A DNA stretch of 63,325 nucleotides, filler included, from Choristocarpus tenellus KU-1152 (taxonomy: Eukaryota; Protista; Phaeophyceae): assembly GCA_964200185.2 (NCBI GenBank). It is 11 parts of 11 records of this genome, joined end to end, with 100 filler letters (N's around TTAATTAATTAA, not from the genome) between each part and the next. Parts side by side here need not be neighbours in the genome. Positions count along the whole stretch, not along the records: positions 1 to 3,881 come from CAXNAD020017399.1; positions 3,982 to 18,832 come from CAXNAD020001106.1; 9 more parts are not named here. The stretch is one strand, 5' to 3'. A program made the translations under genes and the position numbers. The notes below the pieces were generated by a model. That model was not told where the DNA came from. It saw nothing but the letters and a program-made list of their open reading frames with translations, and did not search any database. Each line of letters starts with the position of its first letter. The first letter of the stretch is position 1. Below, one piece after another: positions 1-11,014 of this stretch.

Positions 1-440
1 GTTTTCGCAAAACAACCATCCTCATAGTCCCGCGCCATCCTCAATTTTGAGGATCCCCTGTTATTTACAGAAAAAAACATAACACTCGAATAAAATATTT
101 ATATCTAATAGAAGTAGACGTATGTACGTATGTACTGTATAATACAGTCTGTAGTGTACCATACGTATTATTACAAGAATACCAAAACCGTTACCGGTTC
201 CCCCCCGGGAGGGCCCGTCTGTCCTTATACGAGTGACTTGGTCGAGGTCGCTTCCAAATCGTAGCGGTGCCCTCCACAAGCACCGAAATAGTTTAAAATA
301 AAAATATATTCCCTTTCAAAAAGGGGCCCTTAAAAAGTGCCGAAACATAAAAAAAAAACATATCGGTACTTTTTCCGCAACATTTTCGGTCAAACCCATC
401 CTCAATAAAAAGCTCCATCCTCAATTCTTAAAATCCACTG
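1..440. mobile_element. Two right-hand ends of a CAG-terminal non-autonomous DNA element (family C), at 1-60 and ~300-440
   Basis: Both segments carry CCATCCTCA...CCATCCTCAATT and end in ATCC(C/A)CTG|TTAT. The same end recurs at 18933-19047 and, reverse-complemented, at 56134-56239. Confidence 0.55.
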
Positions 441-899
441 TTATGTGTCTTGGTGAAGGTTCCTGATCTTTTTGGTTTCAAATGCACTACAACTACAACT
501 CTCATTGGCGTATCTTATGGCCTTTATTGTAGGTAATATAAGCTCCGCTATTGTCATGCCGTTGTATTCTTTCTCATCCATATGTAATACCGTGTCTACA
601 TACATACTCTGGTATATTACTACTACACCCATAGACGTTTTGGCACATGTTGTTATGAACGGGATAAGAATATGAAGTATATAGACAACATGACAACAAA
701 GTTTTGCATTGTCAAGAAATTTCATCGCTTTGAGCTTGTTTTTTGAAAAAATCGGTAGGAAAGATATCAAAGGCTACTTTTCTTGAAATAGCCTTGCTTA
801 GTCGTCCACTCAATATTATTCTAGGTTATTTCCTTCGTTCAGAATTAATCGTACCATAGCTTTTGCAAGCTCTGTTCTTGCACGGGAATAATCCACGTG

Positions 900-1480
900 A
901 TAGACCCTCTGGATGATGCTTACTTCTCATATGGATTGGGAGGCGTGCAAAGTTTGAGATGGTGGGTTGTCATGACTGTGGAGGATCACCAGTGCAAAGT
1001 CGACCAAGTCAAATTTGATGGGGTTCAAAAACCTTGTGAAATTGCCAAATCAGGTGTTTATTGGGATGCCGATGACAAAGGCCCCAAGTCATTTGAATGG
1101 CTTGCTCATCCCCTCGTCACCGGTCGGTCCCAATTCTTCAACCCAGAAGTCTGTCCGGAGTCAGGACTCAAACACCCTGACAAAGAAACGTCGTGGCGCA
1201 ATGCCTGGAGGCGATAGGCGCATTACTTGGGTGCATCGGGGTACGGCAGCAGCCATGGCAAAGGATCTCAGAATTTCCCAAAACCACCATGTTCCAGAAT
1301 CTGAAGGGGTATAGCAGTCAGATCACACGGGAAATGCATGGACCTTGTACGATGCTGCAAGGGGCAATGTGGTCACCGTACAAATATCTTCGACATTTGA
1401 GATGTCCCATTGCTACCCCACACATCCTTCCACAAACGGACAGCCAAAGCTGGGGTCTCCCTTGCCTCGTTTTGGGATCT
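900..1480 (+). pseudogene. Degenerate Ty3/Gypsy integrase remnant
   Basis: Frame-broken motifs QQPWQRIS and YPTHPSTNGQ / HILPQTDSQS resemble the PWxxISxD and HPQTDGQ integrase motifs. Confidence 0.4.
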
Positions 1481-1482
1481 GT

Positions 1483-1745
1483 GAGTCAAAGCATTTAAGA
1501 GGGGCGCGTCTGTTCAAGGTCATAAATCCCATGTTGCGATTTTGATTAATTTTGGCTATCATGTTTATTAGCAGGTGTCAATATCCTTGCTCCGGACATA
1601 CCTTTCATAGTTGTACTCAGAATTTTTCGGAGTAGGTAACTGTGTTCACACAGAAAACCGAAAACGGGCATAAAAAACCCTTGGGAAGTTAAGCCCCAAA
1701 TGGACAAACAGGACAAAACTCCTACCCTCTTATATGCTTTGGATC
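1483..1745. mobile_element. Degenerate copy of MITE family A
   Basis: Contains TTTTGGCTATCATGTTT...TGTCAATATCCTTG...CCCCAAATGGACAAACAGG...TACCCTCT, shared with the intact copies. Confidence 0.75.
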
Positions 1746-1749
1746 TGGT

Positions 1750-2650
1750 GCAACCGCGAGAAGGTGAAGAAGGTCAAGCGGTGGAATAAGCAAGTCCTCT
1801 CAGATCAGCAGAAAGTCAGCAGGGTTGGTTTTGCCATCAGTCACACACACAGGAGGGGGGGAAATGGGGTATTGTTGGACTGGGTGCGTGTGGATGAGAA
1901 ATGGTTATAGATCCTCAAGGATGACCAAGGTTTGTACCTGCACCCCACTGAAGACCTCCCCAAACCCCATAGGCACAGAACAAGTGTTACATTACGAAGA
2001 TGGTGTTCCTTGCAACTGTGGCACGCCCTAGGAAGCTCTCCATAGGGGTGTGTTTCGATGTGAAAATCAAGATCTGGCCAATCACGGACACTAAGGTTGT
2101 TCAGTACTCCAGCAAACATCGCCCTAATGGCACCAAGGTGCTTGTGCCAGCCACGGTGGACAGGGAGAGCTAAAAGAAGCTCATGATCGAGGATGTCATC
2201 CCAGCAATCAAGGTCCGCATGCCTAGGACGGGAAGACAACCATCTTCGTGCAGCAGGATGGGGCAAGGCCACACACAATGGGGGATCATGGAGGCAACTG
2301 AGAAGGCAGCGAGCGGCGACATTGTCATAGAGGCCCCAGCCAGCCAACTCAACTGGCCTCAGTGCCAAAAACCTGGGACTCTTCCATTCCATCAAGCAAC
2401 TGTAGGAGGACGTGGAGGTGACCAACACAGAGGAGGTGGTGGAGGCCATAATGAAGGCATCCTATGTGTACCCTCAGGAGACGCTAGGGTGCGTCTGGTA
2501 GAGTGTCTTTCAGAGATAAATGTGAAGTTGTGGGGTTCAAGGCTGACAACGTCTCAAGGTTCCCCATCTTAGCTTGGAAAAGGTTGAGAAGGCAGGCAAG
2601 CTCCCCCGAATGCCCCGGTGGATGCGGCAAAATAGCGTACAGGAATGGAG
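1750..2650 (-). pseudogene. Degenerate Ty3/Gypsy pol remnant (RNase H end plus integrase zinc-binding region)
   Basis: ORF 1841..2449 reads HRGWHKHLG...DWPDLDFHI...CHSCK, resembling the HxxxxGHxG...YWPxMxxDI...CxxCQ (H2C2) motif. Confidence 0.45.
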
Positions 2651-2866
2651 TTTGGAGGGCTCTGTGGACGGCATCGAAGATAGGTGTAGGCTACCCTATT
2701 TTGCTTGAAATTTTGGTGGATAACTTCTTCACCAGCGCTAGAAGAGTTATGTTAAATTTAATTTCGAATGGAGGAAGTATGTAAAACTATATAATTTGAA
2801 ACTTCTCTTAGTGATTAAATACAGTAGCACTCACACCACCCAACTACAAACATCACTAAAAACATT

Positions 2867-3120
2867 GAGTGAAAGTATCTTAGAGGGTACGAGTTTTGCC
2901 CTGTTTGTCCATTTGGGGCTTGGTTTCCCACGGGTTTTAATGACATTTTACCTACTCCGAAACATTTCAGAGTAGGTAAAGTGTATATGTTCTGAAACGG
3001 AGTGTCCGCAACAAGGATATTGACATTTCCTAACAAACATGATAGCCAAAATTACATCAAAATGGTAACATTAGATTTTGGCCCCCAAATGGACGCGGCT
3101 CTACCCTCTAAGATAGGCTC
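2867..3120. mobile_element. MITE family A copy
   Basis: GAGTGAAAGTATCTTAGAGGGTA ... TACCCTCTAAGATA(--)GGCTC; right TIR has a small deletion. Confidence 0.9.
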
Positions 3121-3813
3121 AAAGCAATCTGATACATGAATTTCGACTGACGTTAAATTCCTGCTCCCTAGCTACATGTCATAAAAAGTAGTTTACAATA
3201 CGAGGTCAAACTTTACAAAGAGGTTTGGGTCTTGTGAGACACAATCTGATATGTACTGTGTCTCACAGGGATCCTGAGTGAACAGTCTTTCTCTTTGTGC
3301 TCGAGATGGAAAACCATAAACCTAATAGTTCAGTAGGTTGCAGAAACACCCTTCTATTTGAACCTGTATTTGTTGCAGGTAAGTCCTACTGATACACCAA
3401 CAAGAGGTACACAACAGTGTATTTGAAAACGAAAAAAGAAACCTAAGGCGAACAAATATTGCTGAAACTTCTAAATGTTTCTTCTTTTTCCCTTGGCAAT
3501 GATAACATCTACCTGCAATATGTAAGCTAACACGATATAATGAAATCTGTTGTATCTATGTTCAAGTAGTTTCTTGTTGGTATATCAGAAGGACTTTCTA
3601 GTCAAAGTGCAGACCATACTGTTGTCGTGTTTGTGGTATTCTTTACCGAATGTTTCTTCTTATTCCCTCCCTAATATCTGCAAACTGTCTACGGACTCAT
3701 AAAACAAGAAAGCCACCCGATCCTACAAGGGGAGTCTATTGTCTTTTTGGAGTCTCTGCAACCGTTTTTTGATTTGAAGTGGTTTGTTCAAACGATAAAG
3801 TGAGATAATGTCA

Positions 3814-3881
3814 GACCCAAAGTTCTGGGGGGGGGGGGGGGTCTTCACCCGGGGGGGCCATTTGGACCAAAAGCGGGAAAG
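3814..3881. mobile_element. End of poly-G MITE family B at contig edge
   Basis: GACCCAAAGTTCTG(G)n...CCATTTGGACCAAAA, same as 52226 and 63241. Confidence 0.7.
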
Positions 3882-3981
3882 NNNNNNNNNNNNNNNNNNN
3901 NNNNNNNNNNNNNNNNNNNNNNNNNTTAATTAATTAANNNNNNNNNNNNNNNNNNNNNNNNNNNNNNNNNNNNNNNNNNNN
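3882..3981. other. Artificial contig linker (N-run + TTAATTAATTAA + N-run). Also at 18833-18932, 31142-31241, 35783-35882, 38837-38936, 42328-42427, 45362-45461, 48267-48366, 52284-52383, 60163-60262
   Basis: Identical 100-bp spacer with stop codons in all six frames, present 10 times. Confidence 0.98.
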
Positions 3982-4485
3982 GTGCGTTGTGGCACATAGC
4001 GGGTCACCCACAACCAGGAAAGATACGTCTTCGTCTTTTGCACTGGCGTAAATGTCCTCCGCCTGGGATTCCACCACGTCCCGGTCGGCTAAAGTCACCT
4101 CCTTCCCGTAGAATGCTTCCTGGTGCAGCCGATAGGGAATATTGGTGAGGTTGTGGGGCACGGTTGATGCCCAAGGAATGTGATGTGTCCTCGCCAACGC
4201 CCATCACCAAGCTCCGGCGCCTGTGATACACCCGCAGGGCAAACGGGGATCTCTCATTTCGACTGTCTGCATCGCAGTAATCGGAGCTATTGCAAGAACT
4301 CCCAAACGATTGGCTTGTGTTTATCCCAGCAGGGTTAGATGCCGTACCAACTTGGCCTTGTCGACACCAAGCACGGAGGTGTAGTGCTCCAGGACCACCT
4401 TTTTGCTTCGTTGAACGGCCTCCAGACCCCGTACCGTGATATCCTTCTCGTCACCCAAGCCCAGGCCGATGACGTACAGGACCAT
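3982..4485 (-). CDS. DPH5: Diphthine methyl ester synthase, 5' part (truncated by contig end)
   Basis: Exon 1, 4485-4348: [50 protein letters not shown] intron. Exon 2, 4119-3982: [21 protein letters not shown]...[13 protein letters not shown]. These are the hallmark DPH5 motifs. Confidence 0.95.
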
Positions 4486-4751
4486 AGTTTCAGTATTGGA
4501 AGGGCAAGAAGGTTGACGATTCCTCCTTTTACAGAAAGGACTACTAACAACTATGAATGGGGATAATTCAACCGACGCCACTCGGTGAAACGACGAGTTT
4601 GGATTATCCTGTACATTTTTTTCCAAGTTTTCTAGATCTCCTTGTGTAACCCTACCCTTTGCTCTTCGTCCCCTATTCTACCTGCTGTGTGTGGGGTTGG
4701 CCGTTGAACGTGGATTACAATCCATAGAAAATCCGTGGGACTCCACGAAAT
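4486..4751. promoter_or_regulatory. Probable bidirectional promoter, DPH5/SGT1
   Basis: Only 266 bp separate the divergent ATGs. Confidence 0.6.
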
Positions 4752-7700
4752 ATGGGCGACCAGGATAATCAGGTGCACGCCGGAAACCAGGCCTTCCTCG
4801 ATGAGGACTACTCAGCAGCTATGAAGGTGAGACCTAGTCGTTTCCGTGGGGTAAGTCTTCCCCCGAACAGAACCTCGGGGTCAATGCTAATAATAGAACC
4901 GGTATTTTGTGCTTTGTACTTATTCACTGATACAGGCGTACAGCGAGGCGATCACCGCTGGTGGGGAGGAACTAGCAGTTGTCCATTCCAATCGTGCGGC
5001 CGCCTATCTCAAGCTTGGACGGTCCCGAGAAGCCCTGCAGGATTCATCTGCTGCTGTCAGACTCAACCCAACTGAGATCGCCTATTACCGGAAGGGGTTA
5101 GTAGATACCCAGGGGTGTCTGGGGGAAATGTCGGTTTCTATAAGTGTAACCTAATCATCGGTTGACAGCGAAAGGTCGTTCGACTCAGGGATGTGTGACT
5201 TTTAAAGTAGAAATGATGTGGAGGGAAAGTGGGAATCGTTTCTTAGTATGTTTTGCAAAGATATAGTGGGAGTGTGACCTTATTGAAAATTCGTTTTGCG
5301 TGCCCAGTGCTATCTGCGACACGTTGCCTCCACCTCTTACCTTCAACCCGACTTCCTTGTGAAAACACGGACACCCAACAATCGTTCCACAGGCTCGCGT
5401 CTTTTGCCCTAGAGGAATTTGAGACAGCGAAGGAAGCGTTCGAGAATGGTATCAAGCTACAAGCTGGAACTAGAACGGTATCTGGAACTGATGATCCTCG
5501 TAAGTATAAGACGTGGATCCGTAAATGCGAGGCAGAGATTGAAGTAGAAGATATGGAGGAGGAGGAGGAAGAAGAGGGAGAGAAACAGACCACCAGTGAC
5601 CCAGCCGGCATCACCATCGCGCCAGGAAGTGAACCACTTGAACAGCAGAAGTCAACCCAAGAAATCAGCTCAGGGTCAAACCTTGCCCCTCCATCTGCAA
5701 GCCTCCGTGCAAAGTTTCAGTACTACCAAAGCCACGACAAGATCACAGTCGCAGTGCTGGCAAAGGGACTCACACAAGAAAACGCGACTGTGGAGGTGCT
5801 GGACCGTCGGCTGACCATTACGAGGAGGGAGGGTGGGGTGGATGGAGAAGCACTAGTGGTACTGTTTGACAAGGTCCTGCACGCAGCAGTGGTCCCAGAG
5901 GAGTGTAGAACAAAGTACATGTCGACCAAGGTATGCTGGGCTAGATTTCAGGCTGCACAGTCAGGTATTTGTAGTACCTTGCTTGTGGGTTTGTGGGCTT
6001 TTGGATCTGGTACCAACTCATCAGGACTATGTTAGGGATCACTCTCTGTGAATTATTGAATTAGAGGGGCATGTTCCAAGAAGTTGAGTGTAAGGAATTG
6101 AGGTACAGGGTGCTATAAATGGAGTGTGATGGTATGTATTCAATTTAACTCGTGTGGAGTGACTGTTCCTTGACTTCTTTTGGGGAGATACATGGTGCTA
6201 TGGTCCAATTGTATCATAAATTGCTCTTTTTTTTCTGTGTAGGGTTTGTTGGCATATGTCGTGATAGAGAGGAGAATTGCCTGCCCCGATAAAACTGACT
6301 GTTTTGAGCAAAGGAGTGGATCAAGGAGAATCACTGCAGGGGATACTATTGTGCGGCATGTATTGACAATGTATTGACTGACTTGAATTGGGAGACCTTC
6401 AAGAAATGAGGGACTGTAATCAAACCTTAGCCTAGTGTAAAGCGCCTTTCGTCCTTTGTCATGCCCCTTCTTGTGCCACTACCTGTTGGCTAACAGGTAG
6501 AGGTTGTCATGAAGAAAAAGGTTGCCGATCAGTGGCCAGACCTGGAGGGCAAGGATTGCGATGGTGTCGGCAGTAGACGAGGAGTTGCAGCTGGAAATGT
6601 TGCAGAGGAGACCGAGGAGTTGACTAAGGGACGTGCCCGACCATATTCGAGCAATAGGGACTGGGATCAGGTACGGCGACCATTGTTTCCTGAGTGACTT
6701 TTGGAAAGATTTCATGGCACTGTGGTACACCTGTCTGGGGAGAGGTAGTAAATGAGGACACATTAGATGGAGATAGTTTGATGAAAGTGTTGTGTTTGGC
6801 ACACAAGAGGCCACCAAAAAAGAGATATCACCGCTCTGTACAAATTTGTTTATATCTCATAAAGAGTAGGATGTCAAGTTAGAATGGTTGGGGTAATTGA
6901 CATGTGTTTGACCTGATCGAAACTGTGGGCAAATATCAAGTTCAAAATGGACTTCGACTGATGCTTCTTGGGTATTCACCTTGCTATGCCTTATCGCATA
7001 TGTTTGCCTCTGTCATGGTTCAGACTTGCTTCCCTTGTGAGTAAAAGTATCTTAGAGGGTATGATTTTTGCCCTGTTTGTCCATTTGAGGCTCGGCTTCC
7101 CACGGGTTTTTTTAAGTGACATTTTCCTACTCCAAAATGTTTCGAGAAGATAAAATGTGTACGATATGAAAAGGTGTGTCCGGAACAAGGACATTGACAC
7201 TTCCTAACAAACACGATAGCCAAAATTACATCAAAATTGCAACCTTGGATGTTGGCCCCCAAATGGTCACGGCCCTGCCTTCTAAGATACTTTGGCTCTT
7301 GTATCTGTTTCTTTCCATTTCCTTTAAAGGTACTCCTCCATTGGTTGTACTCCTAAGTACCATGTAACAGGAGTAGCAGCCACTGTTGTCCCGAATTTCT
7401 ACCAGGAGCTGAAGACATTTCCATACACAAGAGCAGCTTCACACGCCGTTGAGCCTCAGAACACACCTTTCTTGGTGTTACAATGGGTTTTCACATTAGC
7501 GTTGTATTTCTAATTCAATTTTCTGTTGCAAACTTGCCTCCCCTCTCCCCTCCCCTTTTTATGCTGCATCAGGTAGAGAGGGAGGTCAAGAAAGAGCTTG
7601 AGGCGGAAAAACCGCAAGGGGAGGAAGCCCTTAACAATCTTTTCAAGCAGATATACTCTGGGGTGAGCAGAACACGTTGTCTTCCCCTCTCCCTCCCATC

Positions 7701-8272
7701 TCCTAGTTGTATGTGACCCTCATACTTAACTATTGCACAAACCACTGGTTTCTATTGCAACTGCATGCTGTGAAGAATGGACCACCTATCTCTCCCTTGT
7801 GTCTCTGATGCTTTGCCACCTCAACTAGTGTAACCTGCACCCAAAATTAGAAGCCCAGTGCTGAGGATTGAGCAACTGCCTTGTAAGGTGAAGGGTCCTT
7901 ATTCCCTGTTGATTTTGACTTCCTTGTTGGTCACAGGATATGTTTCCTCTGGGGAACTCTGCCAAAAGATGCTGTTGTCTCAGTTCTGTTCCGAAACACT
8001 CAACTTTTTTTTAGATTTGTTCTGTTTCCACCTTAATGGAGTTACTTCGTTCCTTAACCAAATATATCTCTTTGAAAAATAAAATTCTTAAGGGGGATGA
8101 AGACACACGTCGTGCCATGGTGAAGTCCTTCCAGACATCAGGTGGGACAGTGCTCTCCACCAACTGGGATGAGGTGGGGAAGGCGAACTACGAGAAGGAG
8201 AGGACTGCACCAAAGGGGATGGAGTGGCGCACCTGGGAGGGTCAGAAGCTTGAGATGAAGGACGACAAGTAG
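4752..8272 (+). CDS. SGT1: SGT1 Hsp90 co-chaperone (TPR-CS-SGS)
   Basis: Exons 4752-4826, 4936-5096, 5393-5930, 6497-6670, 7573-7662, 8093-8272, all GT-AG and phase-consistent. TPR (SNRAAAYLKLG, WIRKC), CS (FQYYQSHDKITV) and SGS (PYSSNRDWD...GEEALNNLFKQIY...DEDTRRAMVKSFQTSGGTVLSTNWDEVG) domains. Confidence 0.95.
7039..7298. mobile_element. MITE family A copy in SGT1 intron 4, 4-bp TSD TTGT
   Basis: TTGT|GAGTAAAAGTATCTTAGAGGGTA ... TCTAAGATACTTTGGCTC|TTGT. Confidence 0.92.
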
Positions 8273-8324
8273 GTTGTAAGTAGAAGGTTATATGTGTGTG
8301 TCTTTGAGTGTATGTGATTTGGAG

Positions 8325-8378
8325 AGGAGGAGGAGGAGGAGGAGGAGGAGGAGGAGGAGGAGGAGGAGGAGGAGGAGG
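8325..8378 (+). repeat. (AGG)n microsatellite in probable SGT1 3' UTR
   Basis: About 18 AGG units, ~50 nt after the stop codon. Confidence 0.95.
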
Positions 8379-11014
8379 AAGAACAGGTTTGTGGCAGAGC
8401 AGAGGGTGAGTGTGAGCCCCCTTTTCATTTTGAATGTCAAGCTTTCGAAGTGCATGTACGTTGTCAGTGAACTTGTGAGGTATGGGGGAGGGAGGGCTGT
8501 TGCAATGCTCAGAAAATGTCCGGAAGAAGGTTCAGAATGCCTGGTGGGAGGCAAAAGGCTGCTTATTTTTTGTCAAGATGCGTAATTGGAAGGCTGCTTC
8601 GATGCCAAAAAGGTGATTTATGCCTTGATGCACGCCTAGCGCCCTCCTTGCTTGTGCATCCATGCCTTCAATTAATGCCATTATTTCAGTTATTTTATTG
8701 TTGTTGACACTAGCCTGGGGATAATCCCGGCCTGTGATCAGAGGTACTGCACACTGCACCATTGGCACTCACTCATTGTAACTATTGTTTTACCACCAAT
8801 TGAACTGGCTCAGTCCGTGTCTTGCTTCAAGAGCATTTGGTGGAGCCATGTCACCACTCTTCACTCTGCCTGCTCCCTTGAATCTTGTTCTTGGTCCATG
8901 TAGGAATTGCTCTGTTATGAAGCTTTCCAACCTTGTTTGGGTTTTCATGTTTTTGTGATAGAGCAAGATATAGTATTGTATATTTGTGCAATCTGTAGTG
9001 GTTGCTGCATGAACTACTTTTCATCAACGAAATACTGTAGTGTATTGATAGATACTATAAGAGCACTACAGACTGTTCTGGCCTGCACTCCCAGGAGTCT
9101 TAAACCTCGAACAACTCAAGAAGTACAAACAAATTGGGCAATACGTACAACTCCATGAAATGTTACCTCAGTACTTGGGAATATGTTCAACCTGAAAAGA
9201 ACCAACCCAATTATATTCTGTAACTTTTGGTTGATCAGGAACAGATAGGAAGAAGACAAAACACAAGTATTTGCTTTGAGTGATCTTGACAAGTTTTCAC
9301 TTCGTGTGATTTGGATATGGGTAGAGTTGGGCACTGCGACAGTAAGAGTGAAGTCTGTTATTAAAAAAGAGTGGTATGCAGCTGGAGTTGCACGGTCAAA
9401 CACTCTCAACGGCTTACTGGCTTTAGCTCTGTATTGTACCCCCACATTGCAGCAAGAATAAAAAATCTTGTGGAGTTCAAAAAAAAAATTCTGTGCGTTG
9501 CTTAGACAATACTATTTCAAGAGTGTGACAGGCAGTGGAATTTTTAAAGCGTCATGTTCTAACCTGATTTTTTTATGCACATTTCCTTTTTTTTTTACCA
9601 TGCTTATTATAATTTTAGGGTTACAATGTTTTTCTTCACACCTGGAAAAAGGAACTCATGAAATATTTTCATGATAAAAAGAAATGCAATGAAAATTTCC
9701 CCTTGAACTTGAAAAATCCCTCCCAGCCAAATCTACTTGTATATAAAGGAGATGCTCACAAGATAATGATCTTGCCGCAATGCACATAGAGTGAGTGTGT
9801 CTTGTTATGGGCATATCATGCATGGAGGGGGCGGAAGCCTTCTGAGTGACACAGTGTAGCGTCATTTGTTTGATTTTTGCAATGTAAGGGATACATTGTG
9901 CTATATGCCTTGGTCTTAGAAAAGTGATACACTGGATTAAATACATTACACATTACCCAACAGACTGGAGGTGAAACAGGGTTGACACCTGGGAGTACCC
10001 ACCTTGGGTGATCGTGGGATACTATTTTCAAAATCGCACTTGTACTTGTGGGAGAAGGACTAAGTATGTACAAGGAAGTTTTTTGTCCTTATGCATGGAA
10101 ACAACTGAAGATTCTGGTACTCTTCCTGCTACACCTGCTGACTGTGTTGTGCCAGTTGAGATATTATAACCAAATACCTTGATTTATGATGTATATCGTA
10201 ACAGGTCTCATCATCTATGGCCTTTAACCATTTTATCAAGGTCCTGTAGTACATAGGAAGGGGCAAGAGGGATTGCAAATCGTGAACACACAATCAACAT
10301 ACATTTTAAGTAAATCACATATCTACCATATCGATTTTTGAGCTCTTCAGTAGTATCCTTCACGTAGTGAGCGTATCAATCAAGGTTATCTTTCACACCC
10401 ATCCACCCCCATCAAGCCTGTTGGTTGGCTTGCCCCTCATAAATGCAAAGAGGGGGGAGGAGTGCACTGACCAGCTTGACCTTCAGAAAAACAACTAGGC
10501 ATGTATCAGTTTTGAAGGTTGTTCCGACAGCAAGTGCATGCAAGCTCTCCTCTGTGGGCATCACTGCAACTTTCTTGATTAATGAAGTTCAACCTACAAG
10601 TTGAATTTGTCACAAGTGAAGAAAAAATTCCTTTAGCCACACAATTTGAGGACCTAACTAAAGTCTCCATATAAGGGGATGTTGCTTCAACTTAATCTTC
10701 TCATTCTCCCTCTCCACCCTTCTTGCACTCCAAATTTCCCTGCCTGGTGGAGATAAGTCTCTGCAGGACCCAATGGGGGACTACAACTCAAACTGCTACA
10801 CCGCCACCCCACAAGAACAAACACTACATGCTGTCGCTCCTATTGATAGCCTTGGACAGACCCCACAAAAGCACCAAAAAGGGACAGATACAATTTTTCA
10901 TGACTTCACATTCTGCCGCCATTGGGGTTATGATATATTTGCTGCAAAAGACAAATCAATCTTGAGAGGGCGCACTGCTTCACATTGTCCTTCATCCACC
11001 ACCAGAGACTCTTC

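Noticed and set aside
5253-5392. N-terminal part of the 260-aa ORF (and similar extensions of ORFs 23731, 22073, 16270)
   Set aside because: Open intronic or UTR sequence adjoining true exons; splice sites define the real boundaries.
8288-8585. Poly-Arg / poly-Leu ORFs
   Set aside because: Translations of the (AGG)n microsatellite in the SGT1 3' region.
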